A stretch of DNA of 64,000 nt, taken from contig CAYVFE010000001.1 of NCBI GenBank assembly GCA_964450885.1, forward strand, positions 310,572 to 374,571. Reading direction: 5' to 3'. Under the pieces are notes generated by a model. It made no database searches and was not told the DNA's origin. It saw nothing but the letters and a program-made list of their open reading frames with translations. The position numbers were made by a program, and so were the translations under genes. Numbering within the stretch: the stretch's first letter is position 1; every line of letters starts with the position of its first letter. Origin of the DNA: an uncultured Gammaproteobacteria bacterium. GTDB lineage: Bacteria > Patescibacteriota > Microgenomatia > Levybacterales > GWA1-39-11. Positions 27,062-37,254 of the stretch are shown here, piece by piece.

Positions 27062-28065
27062 TGTCTAGACAGTTAAATAAATTCCATTTAAGCGCTTGCG
27101 GTGGTACCTTTGATCTATTCCATAAAGGGCACAAAGATTTTTTGAATCAGATTTTCGGATCTTCAGAACAGGTCATAATAGGTCTTACCAGTGACAAATT
27201 CATTACATCAAAAAAAGTATTTGAGGACTTTGGAACTAGAAAAAAAGCCCTGCAAGAATTTCTGTACGAGAATAATTACAAAGGGACGATAGTTCCGATT
27301 GATGATGTATATGGTCCTACAATACAAAAGAAATATGATCTTGATGCAATATTTGTAACGGCCGACTCGTTGGGTGGTGCGTACAGTATCAATGAGAAAA
27401 GAGAAGACTTGGGATTCAAAAAGCTTGAGATCGTAGACGTTGCTCTTTTGAAATCTGAAGATGGAAAAAGTATTTCTTCAAATAGAATAAAAAATGGAGA
27501 AATAGATAGGGATGGAAAGTTATATATTGGTGATGATCTTATAAGATGTGATTATCTGCTTCCGAAAGATCTAAGAAAAAAATTATCAGAGCCATTTGGA
27601 GAATTGATTTCTGATCTTGATGAATATTTGAAAAAGGAAGAGCTAATAAATAGATTCATAGTGACGATCGGAGATGTCACAACGCAAAAATTTGTTAAGA
27701 ATAAAATTACTCCCAAGCTTTCTATAGTAGATTTGTTGGTAAATAGGATAAAGAAATTTGAGAAAATCAACGATTTAGGTTTGTCTTCTAAAAAAATTAT
27801 TAAAGTAGATAACCCCGCAGGACAAATAACTGCAAAACTGACACGAGAGATAAAAAAGTTTTTTGATAAATATAATGAGTCTTTGGTGATACAAATCAAT
27901 GGAGAAGACGACCTGGCAGTTATTCCAGCTGTACTGGCTGCCCCCCTCAAATGTGAAATTTATTATGGCCAACCTGGTGAGGGAGTGGTGAAGATCGTCG
28001 TAACAGAGAAAATCAAGGAAGATATAAAAGACCTCATTTCAAAATTTACCCGAAAAGTTATATAA
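27061..28065 (+). CDS. fusion of archaeal/eukaryotic-type phosphopantetheine adenylyltransferase and DUF359 (GTP-dependent dephospho-CoA kinase-like)
   Basis: GGTFDLFHKGH, GLTSD, D.YGP, ISSNRI; then LSEPFG, IGDVTT, DNPAG, GEDDL, YGQPGEGVV. Confidence 0.85.
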   Translation: MSRQLNKFHLSACGGTFDLFHKGHKDFLNQIFGSSEQVIIGLTSDKFITSKKVFEDFGTRKKALQEFLYENNYKGTIVPIDDVYGPTIQKKYDLDAIFVTADSLGGAYSINEKREDLGFKKLEIVDVALLKSEDGKSISSNRIKNGEIDRDGKLYIGDDLIRCDYLLPKDLRKKLSEPFGELISDLDEYLKKEELINRFIVTIGDVTTQKFVKNKITPKLSIVDLLVNRIKKFEKINDLGLSSKKIIKVDNPAGQITAKLTREIKKFFDKYNESLVIQINGEDDLAVIPAVLAAPLKCEIYYGQPGEGVVKIVVTEKIKEDIKDLISKFTRKVI

Positions 28066-28073
28066 TTGAGTTC

Positions 28074-29594
28074 ATGTTCTGGGCAGACGAGATCGCACAA
28101 AAAATAAAAAAAAGAAATCTTCCTCTCGAGTGGGTCGATGATATGAAAACTCCTTCGGGCCGTGTCCATGTAGGAGCACTTCGTGGTGTGGTAGTTCACG
28201 ATCTTATTTATAGGGCATTAAAAGATATTGGTGTAAATTCAAAATATACTTATGTCTTTGAAGATCACGATCCGATGGATGACATTCCTTCGTATCTAAA
28301 TAGACAAGAGTATGAAAAATATTTGGGAATGCCATTATTTAGTATTCCATCACCCGAGAAGGGATTTGATAATTTCGCGCAATACTATGCGCTAGAATTT
28401 CAGAACGCATTCAACCGTATAGGATCATCTCCAGAAATTTTGTGGACTTCACAGCTTTATAAGAGTGGAAAAATGAATGATGGAATAAAAAAGATTCTCG
28501 ACAATTCAGAGGAGGTCAGAAAGATTTATTCGCAGCTTTACGGAAAAGAAATTGCTTCCGATTGGTTTCCGTTTCAGGTCTATTGTGAAAACTGCGGAAA
28601 AGTATCGACTACTCGAGTCTATGAATGGGACGGTGAGATGGTTTACTATAGATGTCCTGTTGATGTAACAGACTGGACTAAAGGATGTGAACATGAAGGA
28701 AAGACAAGTCCATTTAGTAATGAAAACGAGATAAAAGGAAAAATGCCATGGAAGGTTGAATGGCCAGTAAAATGGATGGCAATAGGTGTAACTGTAGAAG
28801 GGGCTGGAAAAGACCATATGTCAGCTGGTGGGTCACATGATTTAGCGACCCAAGTATGTGAAAGAATCCTAAATTATCCTGTTCCATACCCTATTCCTTA
28901 CGAGTTTTTTCTGGTCGGAGGACGCAAGATGTCTTCATCTAAGGGTCGTGGATACTCAGCTACTGCTATGGTGGAAATATTACCTCCTGAGCTGTTGCGG
29001 TTTTTGATGGTAAAAACCCGGTTAAATCTTGCTATAAATTTTGATCCTGAGGAAAGTGAAACGATACCAAAGCTCTTTGATGAATATCAGGAGTACGCGC
29101 AGCATTATTTTTCTGACACAAAGGACGATTATGCTCGTGTATTCGAACTGTCACAAGTAGGAGGGGTAAAAAAACCTACTGATCTTAGATTCGCAAGGAT
29201 CGCGCAAATGATACAGATGCCAAATACCGAGTCAGAAATCGAGAAGGAAAATGCTCAGGAGTGGGCAGAGTATGCTCGTATTTGGATCGAAAGATTCGCT
29301 CAGGAAAAAGATAAATTTTTAGTTCAAAAAGATATTCCTGATATCTCAGATTTGAATACTGAGCAAAAGAAATATCTCCAAGAGCTCTCAGTAAAGCTCG
29401 AAAATAATTTAGATACAGAAAGAATTCAGGAAATTGTCTATGGTACTTCTAAAGAAATGGGGCTTTCTTCAAAAGATGCCTTCAAAGCGATTTATACTTC
29501 GCTTCTTGGAAAAGATCATGGTCCGAAAGCCTCAGAGCTAATTGCATCGCTGGATATAGAATTTGTCAAAAAAAGATTCAAAGACGCTTCATGA
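28074..29594 (+). CDS. lysS: class I lysine--tRNA ligase
   Basis: WAD, TPSGRVHVG, WKVEWP, GKDH, KMSSSKG. Confidence 0.95.
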   Translation: MFWADEIAQKIKKRNLPLEWVDDMKTPSGRVHVGALRGVVVHDLIYRALKDIGVNSKYTYVFEDHDPMDDIPSYLNRQEYEKYLGMPLFSIPSPEKGFDNFAQYYALEFQNAFNRIGSSPEILWTSQLYKSGKMNDGIKKILDNSEEVRKIYSQLYGKEIASDWFPFQVYCENCGKVSTTRVYEWDGEMVYYRCPVDVTDWTKGCEHEGKTSPFSNENEIKGKMPWKVEWPVKWMAIGVTVEGAGKDHMSAGGSHDLATQVCERILNYPVPYPIPYEFFLVGGRKMSSSKGRGYSATAMVEILPPELLRFLMVKTRLNLAINFDPEESETIPKLFDEYQEYAQHYFSDTKDDYARVFELSQVGGVKKPTDLRFARIAQMIQMPNTESEIEKENAQEWAEYARIWIERFAQEKDKFLVQKDIPDISDLNTEQKKYLQELSVKLENNLDTERIQEIVYGTSKEMGLSSKDAFKAIYTSLLGKDHGPKASELIASLDIEFVKKRFKDAS

Positions 29595-30139
29595 AAAAAA
29601 TCTACTTTGCGACAGGGAATAAAGGAAAAGCACTCGAGGCGGAAAAAATCCTAGGTATAGATGTAGAAATTTCCAGAATGGATTTAGAAGAAATCCAGAG
29701 TAATAATCAAAAAGCCATAGTAAGACACAAATTACAGCAGGCATATGGCAAGTTAAAAAAGCCTGTAATTGTAGATGATGTATCGCTCGAGATGGATGTT
29801 TGGGACAAGTTTCCAGGACCTTTTGTAAAGTATTTGCATGGGAAAGATACCGAGAGGTTTCTTTATATGATGCGAAATGAGAAAAATAGAAGCGGGACAC
29901 TTATTTGTATTGTTGGGTACCATGATGGCAAAAAAATGCATGCGTTCACGGGTAAATTGCGCATAAGAATTGCCAAAAAAAACCTTGGAGAAAATGGATG
30001 GGGATTGGACCCTATACTTATTCATGACGAAAAAAATCTTACGTTCGCACAAATGACAGATAGTGAAAAAAATGTCGATTCTCATAGAGGAAAGGCTTTC
30101 ATGATGCTAAAAAAGTATTTGGATAGTAAAAAGAAATAA
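29591..30139 (+). CDS. non-canonical purine NTP pyrophosphatase (Ham1/RdgB family)
   Basis: FATGNKGK, EIQ, FPGPFVK, GWGLDP, SHRGKA. Confidence 0.92.
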   Translation: MKKIYFATGNKGKALEAEKILGIDVEISRMDLEEIQSNNQKAIVRHKLQQAYGKLKKPVIVDDVSLEMDVWDKFPGPFVKYLHGKDTERFLYMMRNEKNRSGTLICIVGYHDGKKMHAFTGKLRIRIAKKNLGENGWGLDPILIHDEKNLTFAQMTDSEKNVDSHRGKAFMMLKKYLDSKKK

Positions 30140-30159
30140 AACGATATATAATTTGCCTT

Positions 30160-31395
30160 ATGCTAGACATAAATTACATCCGCGAGAACATAGACAAAAT
30201 AAAAGAAAAATCCAAAGCAAAGAACGTGGATATTGATATAGATAGGATTATGGCTCTCGACGCCAGTTATAGAGAAAAACTTCAAGAAGTACAGCTTTTG
30301 CGTGAAGAAAGAAACCAGGTCGCAAAAAATAGAGATATAGAACGTGGCAAAGAGATAAAAGTAAAACTTTCTAGTGTAGAAGATGAATTTACATCAATCG
30401 AAAATGAATTAAACACTCTTCTTCTTCAAATACCTAACCCTTCAAAAGACGATGTGAAGGTCGGTAAAAATGATAGTGAAAATGATGTAATAAAAACTGT
30501 AGGGGAGCCTATTAAATTTGACTTCAAACCAAAAGATCATCTGGAATTAGGAGAAAGCTTGGATATTATCGATATGGAGCGTGCAGTAAAAGTTAGCGGT
30601 GCTAGATTTTACTATCTTAAGAACGAAGGAGCGTTGCTTGAGATTGCGCTTTTGCGTTTCGCATTAGATAAGCTTATGGAGAAAGGTTTTAAATTCATAA
30701 TTCCTCCGACGATAGTTAATCGCGACACGATGCAAAAACTGGGATATATGGAAAATGGTGGGGAAGATGATATGTTTTCGCTTGAGAATGGTGAGAAGTT
30801 TTTAGTCGGTACCGCAGAGCAAAGTGTAGTGCCTATGCATAGAGATGAAATCCTAAATTCCAAAGATTTGCCTTTAAGGTATGTTGCATATTCCTCGTCG
30901 TTCAGACGTGAAGCTGGAAGTTATGGTAAAGATACTCGGGGAATAATAAGGGTTCACGAGTTTCATAAGATAGAAATGGTGAGCTTTGTTATGGATGGTA
31001 AGGATGACGAGGAGCATGAATTCTTACTTTCTATAGAAGAAGAATTATTTCAAGATCTAAAAATCCCTTATCAGGTAGTAAAGATGTGTACAGGAGATTT
31101 AGGATTTCCTGCGGCTCGAAAATATGATATTGAGGCGTGGATTCCTAGCCAGGAAAAATACCGTGAAGTAACATCTGCTTCAACGACAACAGACTTTCAG
31201 GCCCGCAGGTTAAATATAAAGTATCAAGACGGTGGGGTGAAAAAATACGTCAATATTTTAAATGGTACGGCCTTTGCTATTTCTCGGACACCAGTTGCGA
31301 TTCTGGAAAACTACCAGCAGGAAGATGGGAGTGTAGTTGTTCCTGAGGTATTAAGAAAGTATATGGGTGTTGAAACGATATCTCCGAAAGGATAA
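30160..31395 (+). CDS. serS: serine--tRNA ligase
   Basis: GTAE, FRREAGSYGKDTRGIIRVHEF, LNGTA, LENYQ. Confidence 0.97.
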   Translation: MLDINYIRENIDKIKEKSKAKNVDIDIDRIMALDASYREKLQEVQLLREERNQVAKNRDIERGKEIKVKLSSVEDEFTSIENELNTLLLQIPNPSKDDVKVGKNDSENDVIKTVGEPIKFDFKPKDHLELGESLDIIDMERAVKVSGARFYYLKNEGALLEIALLRFALDKLMEKGFKFIIPPTIVNRDTMQKLGYMENGGEDDMFSLENGEKFLVGTAEQSVVPMHRDEILNSKDLPLRYVAYSSSFRREAGSYGKDTRGIIRVHEFHKIEMVSFVMDGKDDEEHEFLLSIEEELFQDLKIPYQVVKMCTGDLGFPAARKYDIEAWIPSQEKYREVTSASTTTDFQARRLNIKYQDGGVKKYVNILNGTAFAISRTPVAILENYQQEDGSVVVPEVLRKYMGVETISPKG

Positions 31396-31467
31396 TTACT
31401 TTGGCACTTTGGCTCATGCTGTGATAAAATATATTTCCCTTCAAAGTAAAGAACAAAAAAATAACTT

Positions 31468-34209
31468 ATGCTAAATTTTATCTCAAAGCTTCTCGATTCA
31501 AATGAGAAAGAAGTAAAAAAAATAAGACCGATTGTAGAGCAAATCAATGCCCTCGAGAAAAAGGTAGAAAAACTAAAAGACGAAGACTTTCCTAAAGAAA
31601 CAGAAAAACTAAAGAAACGACATGCACAAGGAGAACCGCTTGTCATGCTTCTTCCGGAAGCATTTGCTTTGGTGCGGGAAGCAGCAAAACGCACAATCGG
31701 CCAGCGTCATTATGAAGTTCAATTAATATCCGCCATAGTTCTTGCGAGTGGAAAAATTTCTGAGCAAAAAACAGGAGAGGGAAAAACTTTGTCAGCTGTG
31801 CCAGCACTATATCTTCATGCGCTGACTGGGGAGTCTGTGCATCTGGTTACCGTAAATGATTACCTGGCGCGTCGTGATGCTGGATGGATGGGCAGCGTAT
31901 TTGCTTTTCTGGGAATGCGTGTTAGTTCGATCATCAATCAAAAGTCTTTTATTTATGACCCTTCTTATCATGATAGCGAAGCAAAGGACTATAGACTTTT
32001 TAATCTAAAAGAGGTAACACGCAAAGAAGCATATGAAGCCGATATTATCTATGGAATCAATTCGGAATTCGGGTTCGATTATTTGCGTGACAATATGGCT
32101 TTTTCTAAAGAAGAACAGGTACAACGAGGGCATTACTACGCCGTAATCGATGAGGTAGACTCTGTACTTATAGACGAAGCCAGAACACCACACATTATTT
32201 CGATGCCAGATGCTACGCCATCGTCAAAATACTACGAATATGCAAAAGTTGTCGATAGACTATCTCCAATAGACTATAAAATAGATGAAAAAAGACGCAC
32301 CGCGCATCTAACTGACCATGGAATAGGAAAAATAGAAACGATGTTCGGGATGAAAGACATTTATGAAAAGGATTTTGAGACGGTTTATCACATAGAAGCA
32401 GCACTAAAAGCTAGAACACTTTTCCATAAAAATAAGGACTATATAGTGCGTGAGGGACAGGTAACATTGATCGATGAATTCACTGGTAGATTACTTGAAG
32501 GAAGAAGGCTTTCTGAAGGATTGCATCAGGCTTTGGAGGCAAAAGAAGGAGTTACTGTTCAACGTGAGTCAAAAACTCTTGCGACAATTTCTCTTCAGAA
32601 CTATTTCCGAAAATATGAACTATTATCAGGTATGACAGGAACAGCAATAACAGAATCTGAGGAGTTCCATAGAATCTATAAGCTTGATGTTGTTGCTATT
32701 CCGCCAAACCGTGAAGTTGTAAGAAAAGATGATGCGGATAGGATTTTTAAGACTCGCCGTGCAAAAATATTTGCTGCAGTTCAGGAAATAGAAAAAGCTT
32801 ATAAAAAAGGGCAGCCAGTTCTCGTCGGGACGGCGTCTATCGAACAGAATGAAATAATTTCTGAATACTTGAAGAGGAAAAATATTCACCACGAGGTACT
32901 TAATGCTAAAAACCATTTGCGTGAGGCTTTAATTATAAAAGATGCCGGTAAAAAAGGTGCAGTTACTGTTGCAACAAATGTAGCAGGTCGAGGAGTAGAC
33001 ATAATACTTGGCGGAGAAAAGCCTTCCGAATTTAGTACAGAGTATCAAGGAAAGTCAGGCAAAAGTAAATTTGAGAAGGAAGTATCGGAGTGGCAAAAAG
33101 AGCACGATGAGGTCAAAAAATTAGGCGGACTTTATGTGATTGGTACAGAAAAGCATGAATCCCGTCGTATCGACAATCAGCTGAGAGGTAGATCTGGTCG
33201 TCAGGGAGATCCCGGGAAATCGGTATTCATAATTTCACTCGAGGATGATCTCATGAGAATTTTTGGTGGGGAGCAGATAGCAAATCTTATGACAAGGTTT
33301 AATTTTCCAGAGGATCAGCCGCTAGAGAATCCGATAGTCACCCGTGTTATAACTCAGGCTCAGGTAAAAGTGGAAGGATTTAATTTCGAAAGCAGAAAGC
33401 ACACAGTAGAATACGATGACGTTTTGAATAAACAAAGGGAAATCATATATGGAGAAAGACAAGAGATTATCGAAGACGATTTTGAATATCAGCAGTTTAT
33501 AAAGGAAAAGATAAAAACGAATATTGATGCAATAGTAGCGTTAAATCTTAATTTTAATGAAATAGAGGATCCGTATAAAAAAACTATTCAAGAATTTACG
33601 TCGATTATTCCTTTTGACGATAAATCTCAGAATCAGTTGATAAAACAAATCCAACAAAGAGAGGGCGAAGGTCAGGTAAGCGAATTTCTAAATGATATCG
33701 CCGATAAATTATTCGAGAAAAAGATCAAGGATTATGGAGAGGAAGCGATAAAAAAAGTTACTCGATTGCTCTCGCTTCAAGTAATAAATAATATGTGGAT
33801 GGATCACTTGACTGCAATGGAAGACGTAAGAACCGGTATAAATCTACGTGGATATGCGCAGCGTGACCCATTAGTTGAGTACAAGAATGAGGCATTCGGA
33901 CAATTCGAAAGACTCGTAAAGTCCATAGATGATGGAATAGTAAATAGGTTCTTTAAAGTAAATATAGTCTCCGAGTCTCATGTCCATAATCATGCAGATC
34001 ACAAGCATGAGCATACGAATCAGCCTGCTTCCGAAATCGGAACTAGTGCAAAAGCAAAAGAAGTTCGTGAAGAAAAAAAAGTAGACAGCAAGAGCGTAGA
34101 GACAGAAGATGCCTCAGTAAATACAATAAAAAAATTAGGACGTAATGATCCGTGTCCATGTGGGAGTGGTAAGAAGTGGAAAAAATGCCATTATCCTAAC
34201 CTTCCTTAA
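31468..34209 (+). CDS. secA: preprotein translocase ATPase SecA
   Basis: KTGEGKT, TVNDYLARRD, IDEVDS, GRSGRQGDPG, GRNDPCPCGSGKK. Confidence 0.98.
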   Translation: MLNFISKLLDSNEKEVKKIRPIVEQINALEKKVEKLKDEDFPKETEKLKKRHAQGEPLVMLLPEAFALVREAAKRTIGQRHYEVQLISAIVLASGKISEQKTGEGKTLSAVPALYLHALTGESVHLVTVNDYLARRDAGWMGSVFAFLGMRVSSIINQKSFIYDPSYHDSEAKDYRLFNLKEVTRKEAYEADIIYGINSEFGFDYLRDNMAFSKEEQVQRGHYYAVIDEVDSVLIDEARTPHIISMPDATPSSKYYEYAKVVDRLSPIDYKIDEKRRTAHLTDHGIGKIETMFGMKDIYEKDFETVYHIEAALKARTLFHKNKDYIVREGQVTLIDEFTGRLLEGRRLSEGLHQALEAKEGVTVQRESKTLATISLQNYFRKYELLSGMTGTAITESEEFHRIYKLDVVAIPPNREVVRKDDADRIFKTRRAKIFAAVQEIEKAYKKGQPVLVGTASIEQNEIISEYLKRKNIHHEVLNAKNHLREALIIKDAGKKGAVTVATNVAGRGVDIILGGEKPSEFSTEYQGKSGKSKFEKEVSEWQKEHDEVKKLGGLYVIGTEKHESRRIDNQLRGRSGRQGDPGKSVFIISLEDDLMRIFGGEQIANLMTRFNFPEDQPLENPIVTRVITQAQVKVEGFNFESRKHTVEYDDVLNKQREIIYGERQEIIEDDFEYQQFIKEKIKTNIDAIVALNLNFNEIEDPYKKTIQEFTSIIPFDDKSQNQLIKQIQQREGEGQVSEFLNDIADKLFEKKIKDYGEEAIKKVTRLLSLQVINNMWMDHLTAMEDVRTGINLRGYAQRDPLVEYKNEAFGQFERLVKSIDDGIVNRFFKVNIVSESHVHNHADHKHEHTNQPASEIGTSAKAKEVREEKKVDSKSVETEDASVNTIKKLGRNDPCPCGSGKKWKKCHYPNLP

Positions 34210-34210
34210 A

Positions 34211-35281
34211 TTATTTTTCTCCAAGAGTGCGTTTTAAAATAGGAATTCGCATCATGATAAGTGATGCTATATAAGAAAGTATAAAAATTACCGAAAGTTT
34301 TGTCAGTAGATAAAGCCATGCCGGCGTTATTGCTATAAATAGCTGTAGCTTTGAATCCAGTATGTCTAGAAGAAACATATGAAGGACATAGATCCCCAAA
34401 GAGACCCTGGCTATTGAGTATATTATCGGTTGGATTTTATTACCTATTATTTTCTTAAAATCTGTATTCATCAAAAGTGAGAATATGCTTATGGACAATA
34501 CTACGACATTTATACTAAGAAAGGAGTCCGTATAAAAAGCAAGACAGCCATTTGCTCCCAACAAATTATTCCCACTAAATGACAGCAGATAATAAAAATA
34601 TGCTCCGATGACGGTCATAGCAAAAGAAGCAAAAAAAGCAATAGTTGCAATACCCCTTTTTATTTTTTTGGAATTTCCCATCGCATATCCTGCAACAAAA
34701 AGACCCGTAAAAGGGATCCAGTATGTTAAGGAATTTGCCGGAGTACAAAGCGAGAAATAGTATTGAATGAAATAAAATATTGATCCTCCGATCAAAAGTA
34801 GGACTGTCAAAGTTTTATTCGACCATCTAGGTTGATCCAAGAGATATTTTTTTATAAAAGGTGACATGAGGTATAGTCCGATCAGAATTATAAAAAAATA
34901 AAGGTAGAATACATTTACGGTTAAAAGTCTATAGAAGATACTTATGTTTAGGTACTCAAAAGTGGGATTCCCGAAATTCCAGACTGTGTATAATAAAAAC
35001 CAGAACAACAGTGGAATGACGAGGCGGTTAAAAGTGCGAATCAGCGTTTGGCTAAATGATTCTTTTTTTGACAGGATAAAATATCCGCTGACCATGATAA
35101 ATAGAGGGATAGATGCACGAGCAGCAGAATTTAGGATGATCGCAAACCACCATGAAATTCCTCCGAAATAATCAGGTCGCGCGTAGACTGCATTTGCTGT
35201 GTGAATGACAACAACACTTATAATCGCTATAACGCGTATGACGTCAGCTGATAAGTTATAGGATTTTTTATCCATGAACAC
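34211..35281 (-). CDS. acyltransferase family 3 membrane protein
   Basis: D.IR.IA...VV.IH, PLFIMVSGY, SLGIYVLH; many TM segments. Confidence 0.88.
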   Translation of the reverse strand: MFMDKKSYNLSADVIRVIAIISVVVIHTANAVYARPDYFGGISWWFAIILNSAARASIPLFIMVSGYFILSKKESFSQTLIRTFNRLVIPLLFWFLLYTVWNFGNPTFEYLNISIFYRLLTVNVFYLYFFIILIGLYLMSPFIKKYLLDQPRWSNKTLTVLLLIGGSIFYFIQYYFSLCTPANSLTYWIPFTGLFVAGYAMGNSKKIKRGIATIAFFASFAMTVIGAYFYYLLSFSGNNLLGANGCLAFYTDSFLSINVVVLSISIFSLLMNTDFKKIIGNKIQPIIYSIARVSLGIYVLHMFLLDILDSKLQLFIAITPAWLYLLTKLSVIFILSYIASLIMMRIPILKRTLGEK

Positions 35282-35322
35282 TTCGGGTTTTGCACAAGCA
35301 AAACTTTGCTATTAGGGCTACC

Positions 35323-37254
35323 TCAGATCTGATATTTAGATAACTCATCAAGGAGCATATTTAGATTCATTTTCGCAACTCCTAATACTTTATCTGCTCC
35401 CCCATAATAAATATACAGGTCGTCTTTTATGACTACATTTCCACAAGGGAATACTACATTGTTCACGATCCCTTCCAGTTCATATTTTTCTTCTGGTTCA
35501 AAAACTGGATACGAGAGTCTCGATATAACTGTATCAGGGTTCTTAAGATCGAGTAGGCACGCGCCGACTTTATAGAATTTATCCTCAGTTATCCCGTGAT
35601 ATAAAAGTAGCCACCCCTTTTCTGTCTCAATGGGAGGCCCTGCTATACCGATTTTTATGTGATCCCAGTGGTCAACTCTTGAGTGCATGAGAATAGCACC
35701 ATTGAGAAATCGATTATTCTCAAATTTCAAATCGTCTACAAAATCTATCCATATGTCGTCCTTTATCCTGTGCAGGAAAACATACTTATCATTAATCTTT
35801 TTTGGGAAAATTGTTGCGTCTTTATCGTCGATGTTAGGCGGGGAAATAAGTATAGGTTTTTCCCAGTTCCAGCGCTTATTCAAAAAGTCGTCAGCGCTAA
35901 TAGACGAGAAGGCAACCCTCGGAGGATTTATTCCGCCGTCAAATGCTGTATAGCAGATGTAGAATCTGTCTTCGAGTCGTACTACACGAGGATCTTCACA
36001 TCCGTAATTTCCTTCCTTAAGCTTTGTCTCGAAAGGTTCTCTCGGAGTGTAAATAGGATATGGTAAACGTTCATCTATGTGGACTCCATCACTACTTACG
36101 GCATATCCTACACTGGACATCCCATCTTCTCCCATTGCTCTATAAAGAATATGCACTTTTTCATTTTCATATACGGCTGCAGGATTAAAGACTGCCATGG
36201 ATTCCCATTTTCTTTCAGCAATAGGCTCTAATATCGGATTTTCTTTGCATCTCGTAAATTTAATTCTAGGATTATTCGGAACATCTTTTTGTTTCCGTTT
36301 GAGCCCATGCATAAGATCTTCCATGGAGCACGTCGCAACACCTGTGCTAGTGTCTGCTGCTCCGTAATATACATAAAATTCGTCTCCAATAATTTGACTA
36401 CCGGTAGGAAAAACTACATTTGGAATATTTCCATATAGCTCGTATTCTTCTTCTGGCAAAAGCATGGCATTGCTGGTTCTTGCCTTGATATTGAGTGGGT
36501 TTTCTAAGTCGAGGAGTGCTGCTTCAACCGTAAATACTTTATCATTGCTATAATAATTGCGGATAAGCGAATATATAAACACCCAGCCATCGTCTGTTTT
36601 TGTCGGGACTGCTCCTGCCTCTACTTGGTCTCTCGAATGTCGAAGAAGCGGCAATGTATGCCGATCCAGGTCTTTATACCACTCATTCCATTGCTGATGG
36701 TCCCATAGGTCTTCAAGTTTCTCGAATGTCCTTATTGAGATCTTGGCTGGAGGCATATCGGTATTTGCGCTTAAAAATGCCGCATATTTACCTCCTGTTT
36801 TTTCAGGGAAAAGACCCATGGCCTTTGCATTAAATGGTGTAACGAGATGTTTTTCATCGATTGTCGTCAGATCTTTTGAAATAGCGACTGCAACTTTTAT
36901 GTTGTGTGCTCCAAATGGATAGCCGCCGATTGCTGTATAAAATATATAAAATTTTCCATCCATGTATGTGATGCGTGGATCTTCGCAGCCATATCTTTCC
37001 CAATCCTCCTCGGGTTTTATAAGTTGAAAATGATCAGTAAAATTTACACCGTCTGTGCTTTTTGCAATTCCTACAGTTGATAGTTGGATATTCGCATCCA
37101 TGTAAAACCCTTTAGGGGTCATTGCACGATATGCCATAAAATATGTATCATCTTTTTTGACTACTGATCCATTAAATGTACCGCCCTTCTCCCAATCATT
37201 GGTAATACTGGGCAGCAGGATGGGGTTTTGGGGGTGGCGTTTTAACTTAAGCAT
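35323..37254 (-). CDS. tandem two-domain GH130-like glycoside phosphorylase/hydrolase
   Basis: Two repeats of NPIL...FN...GCEDPR...YTA...VVFP...YYGAAD/YYGGAD. Confidence 0.88.
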   Translation of the reverse strand: MLKLKRHPQNPILLPSITNDWEKGGTFNGSVVKKDDTYFMAYRAMTPKGFYMDANIQLSTVGIAKSTDGVNFTDHFQLIKPEEDWERYGCEDPRITYMDGKFYIFYTAIGGYPFGAHNIKVAVAISKDLTTIDEKHLVTPFNAKAMGLFPEKTGGKYAAFLSANTDMPPAKISIRTFEKLEDLWDHQQWNEWYKDLDRHTLPLLRHSRDQVEAGAVPTKTDDGWVFIYSLIRNYYSNDKVFTVEAALLDLENPLNIKARTSNAMLLPEEEYELYGNIPNVVFPTGSQIIGDEFYVYYGAADTSTGVATCSMEDLMHGLKRKQKDVPNNPRIKFTRCKENPILEPIAERKWESMAVFNPAAVYENEKVHILYRAMGEDGMSSVGYAVSSDGVHIDERLPYPIYTPREPFETKLKEGNYGCEDPRVVRLEDRFYICYTAFDGGINPPRVAFSSISADDFLNKRWNWEKPILISPPNIDDKDATIFPKKINDKYVFLHRIKDDIWIDFVDDLKFENNRFLNGAILMHSRVDHWDHIKIGIAGPPIETEKGWLLLYHGITEDKFYKVGACLLDLKNPDTVISRLSYPVFEPEEKYELEGIVNNVVFPCGNVVIKDDLYIYYGGADKVLGVAKMNLNMLLDELSKYQI

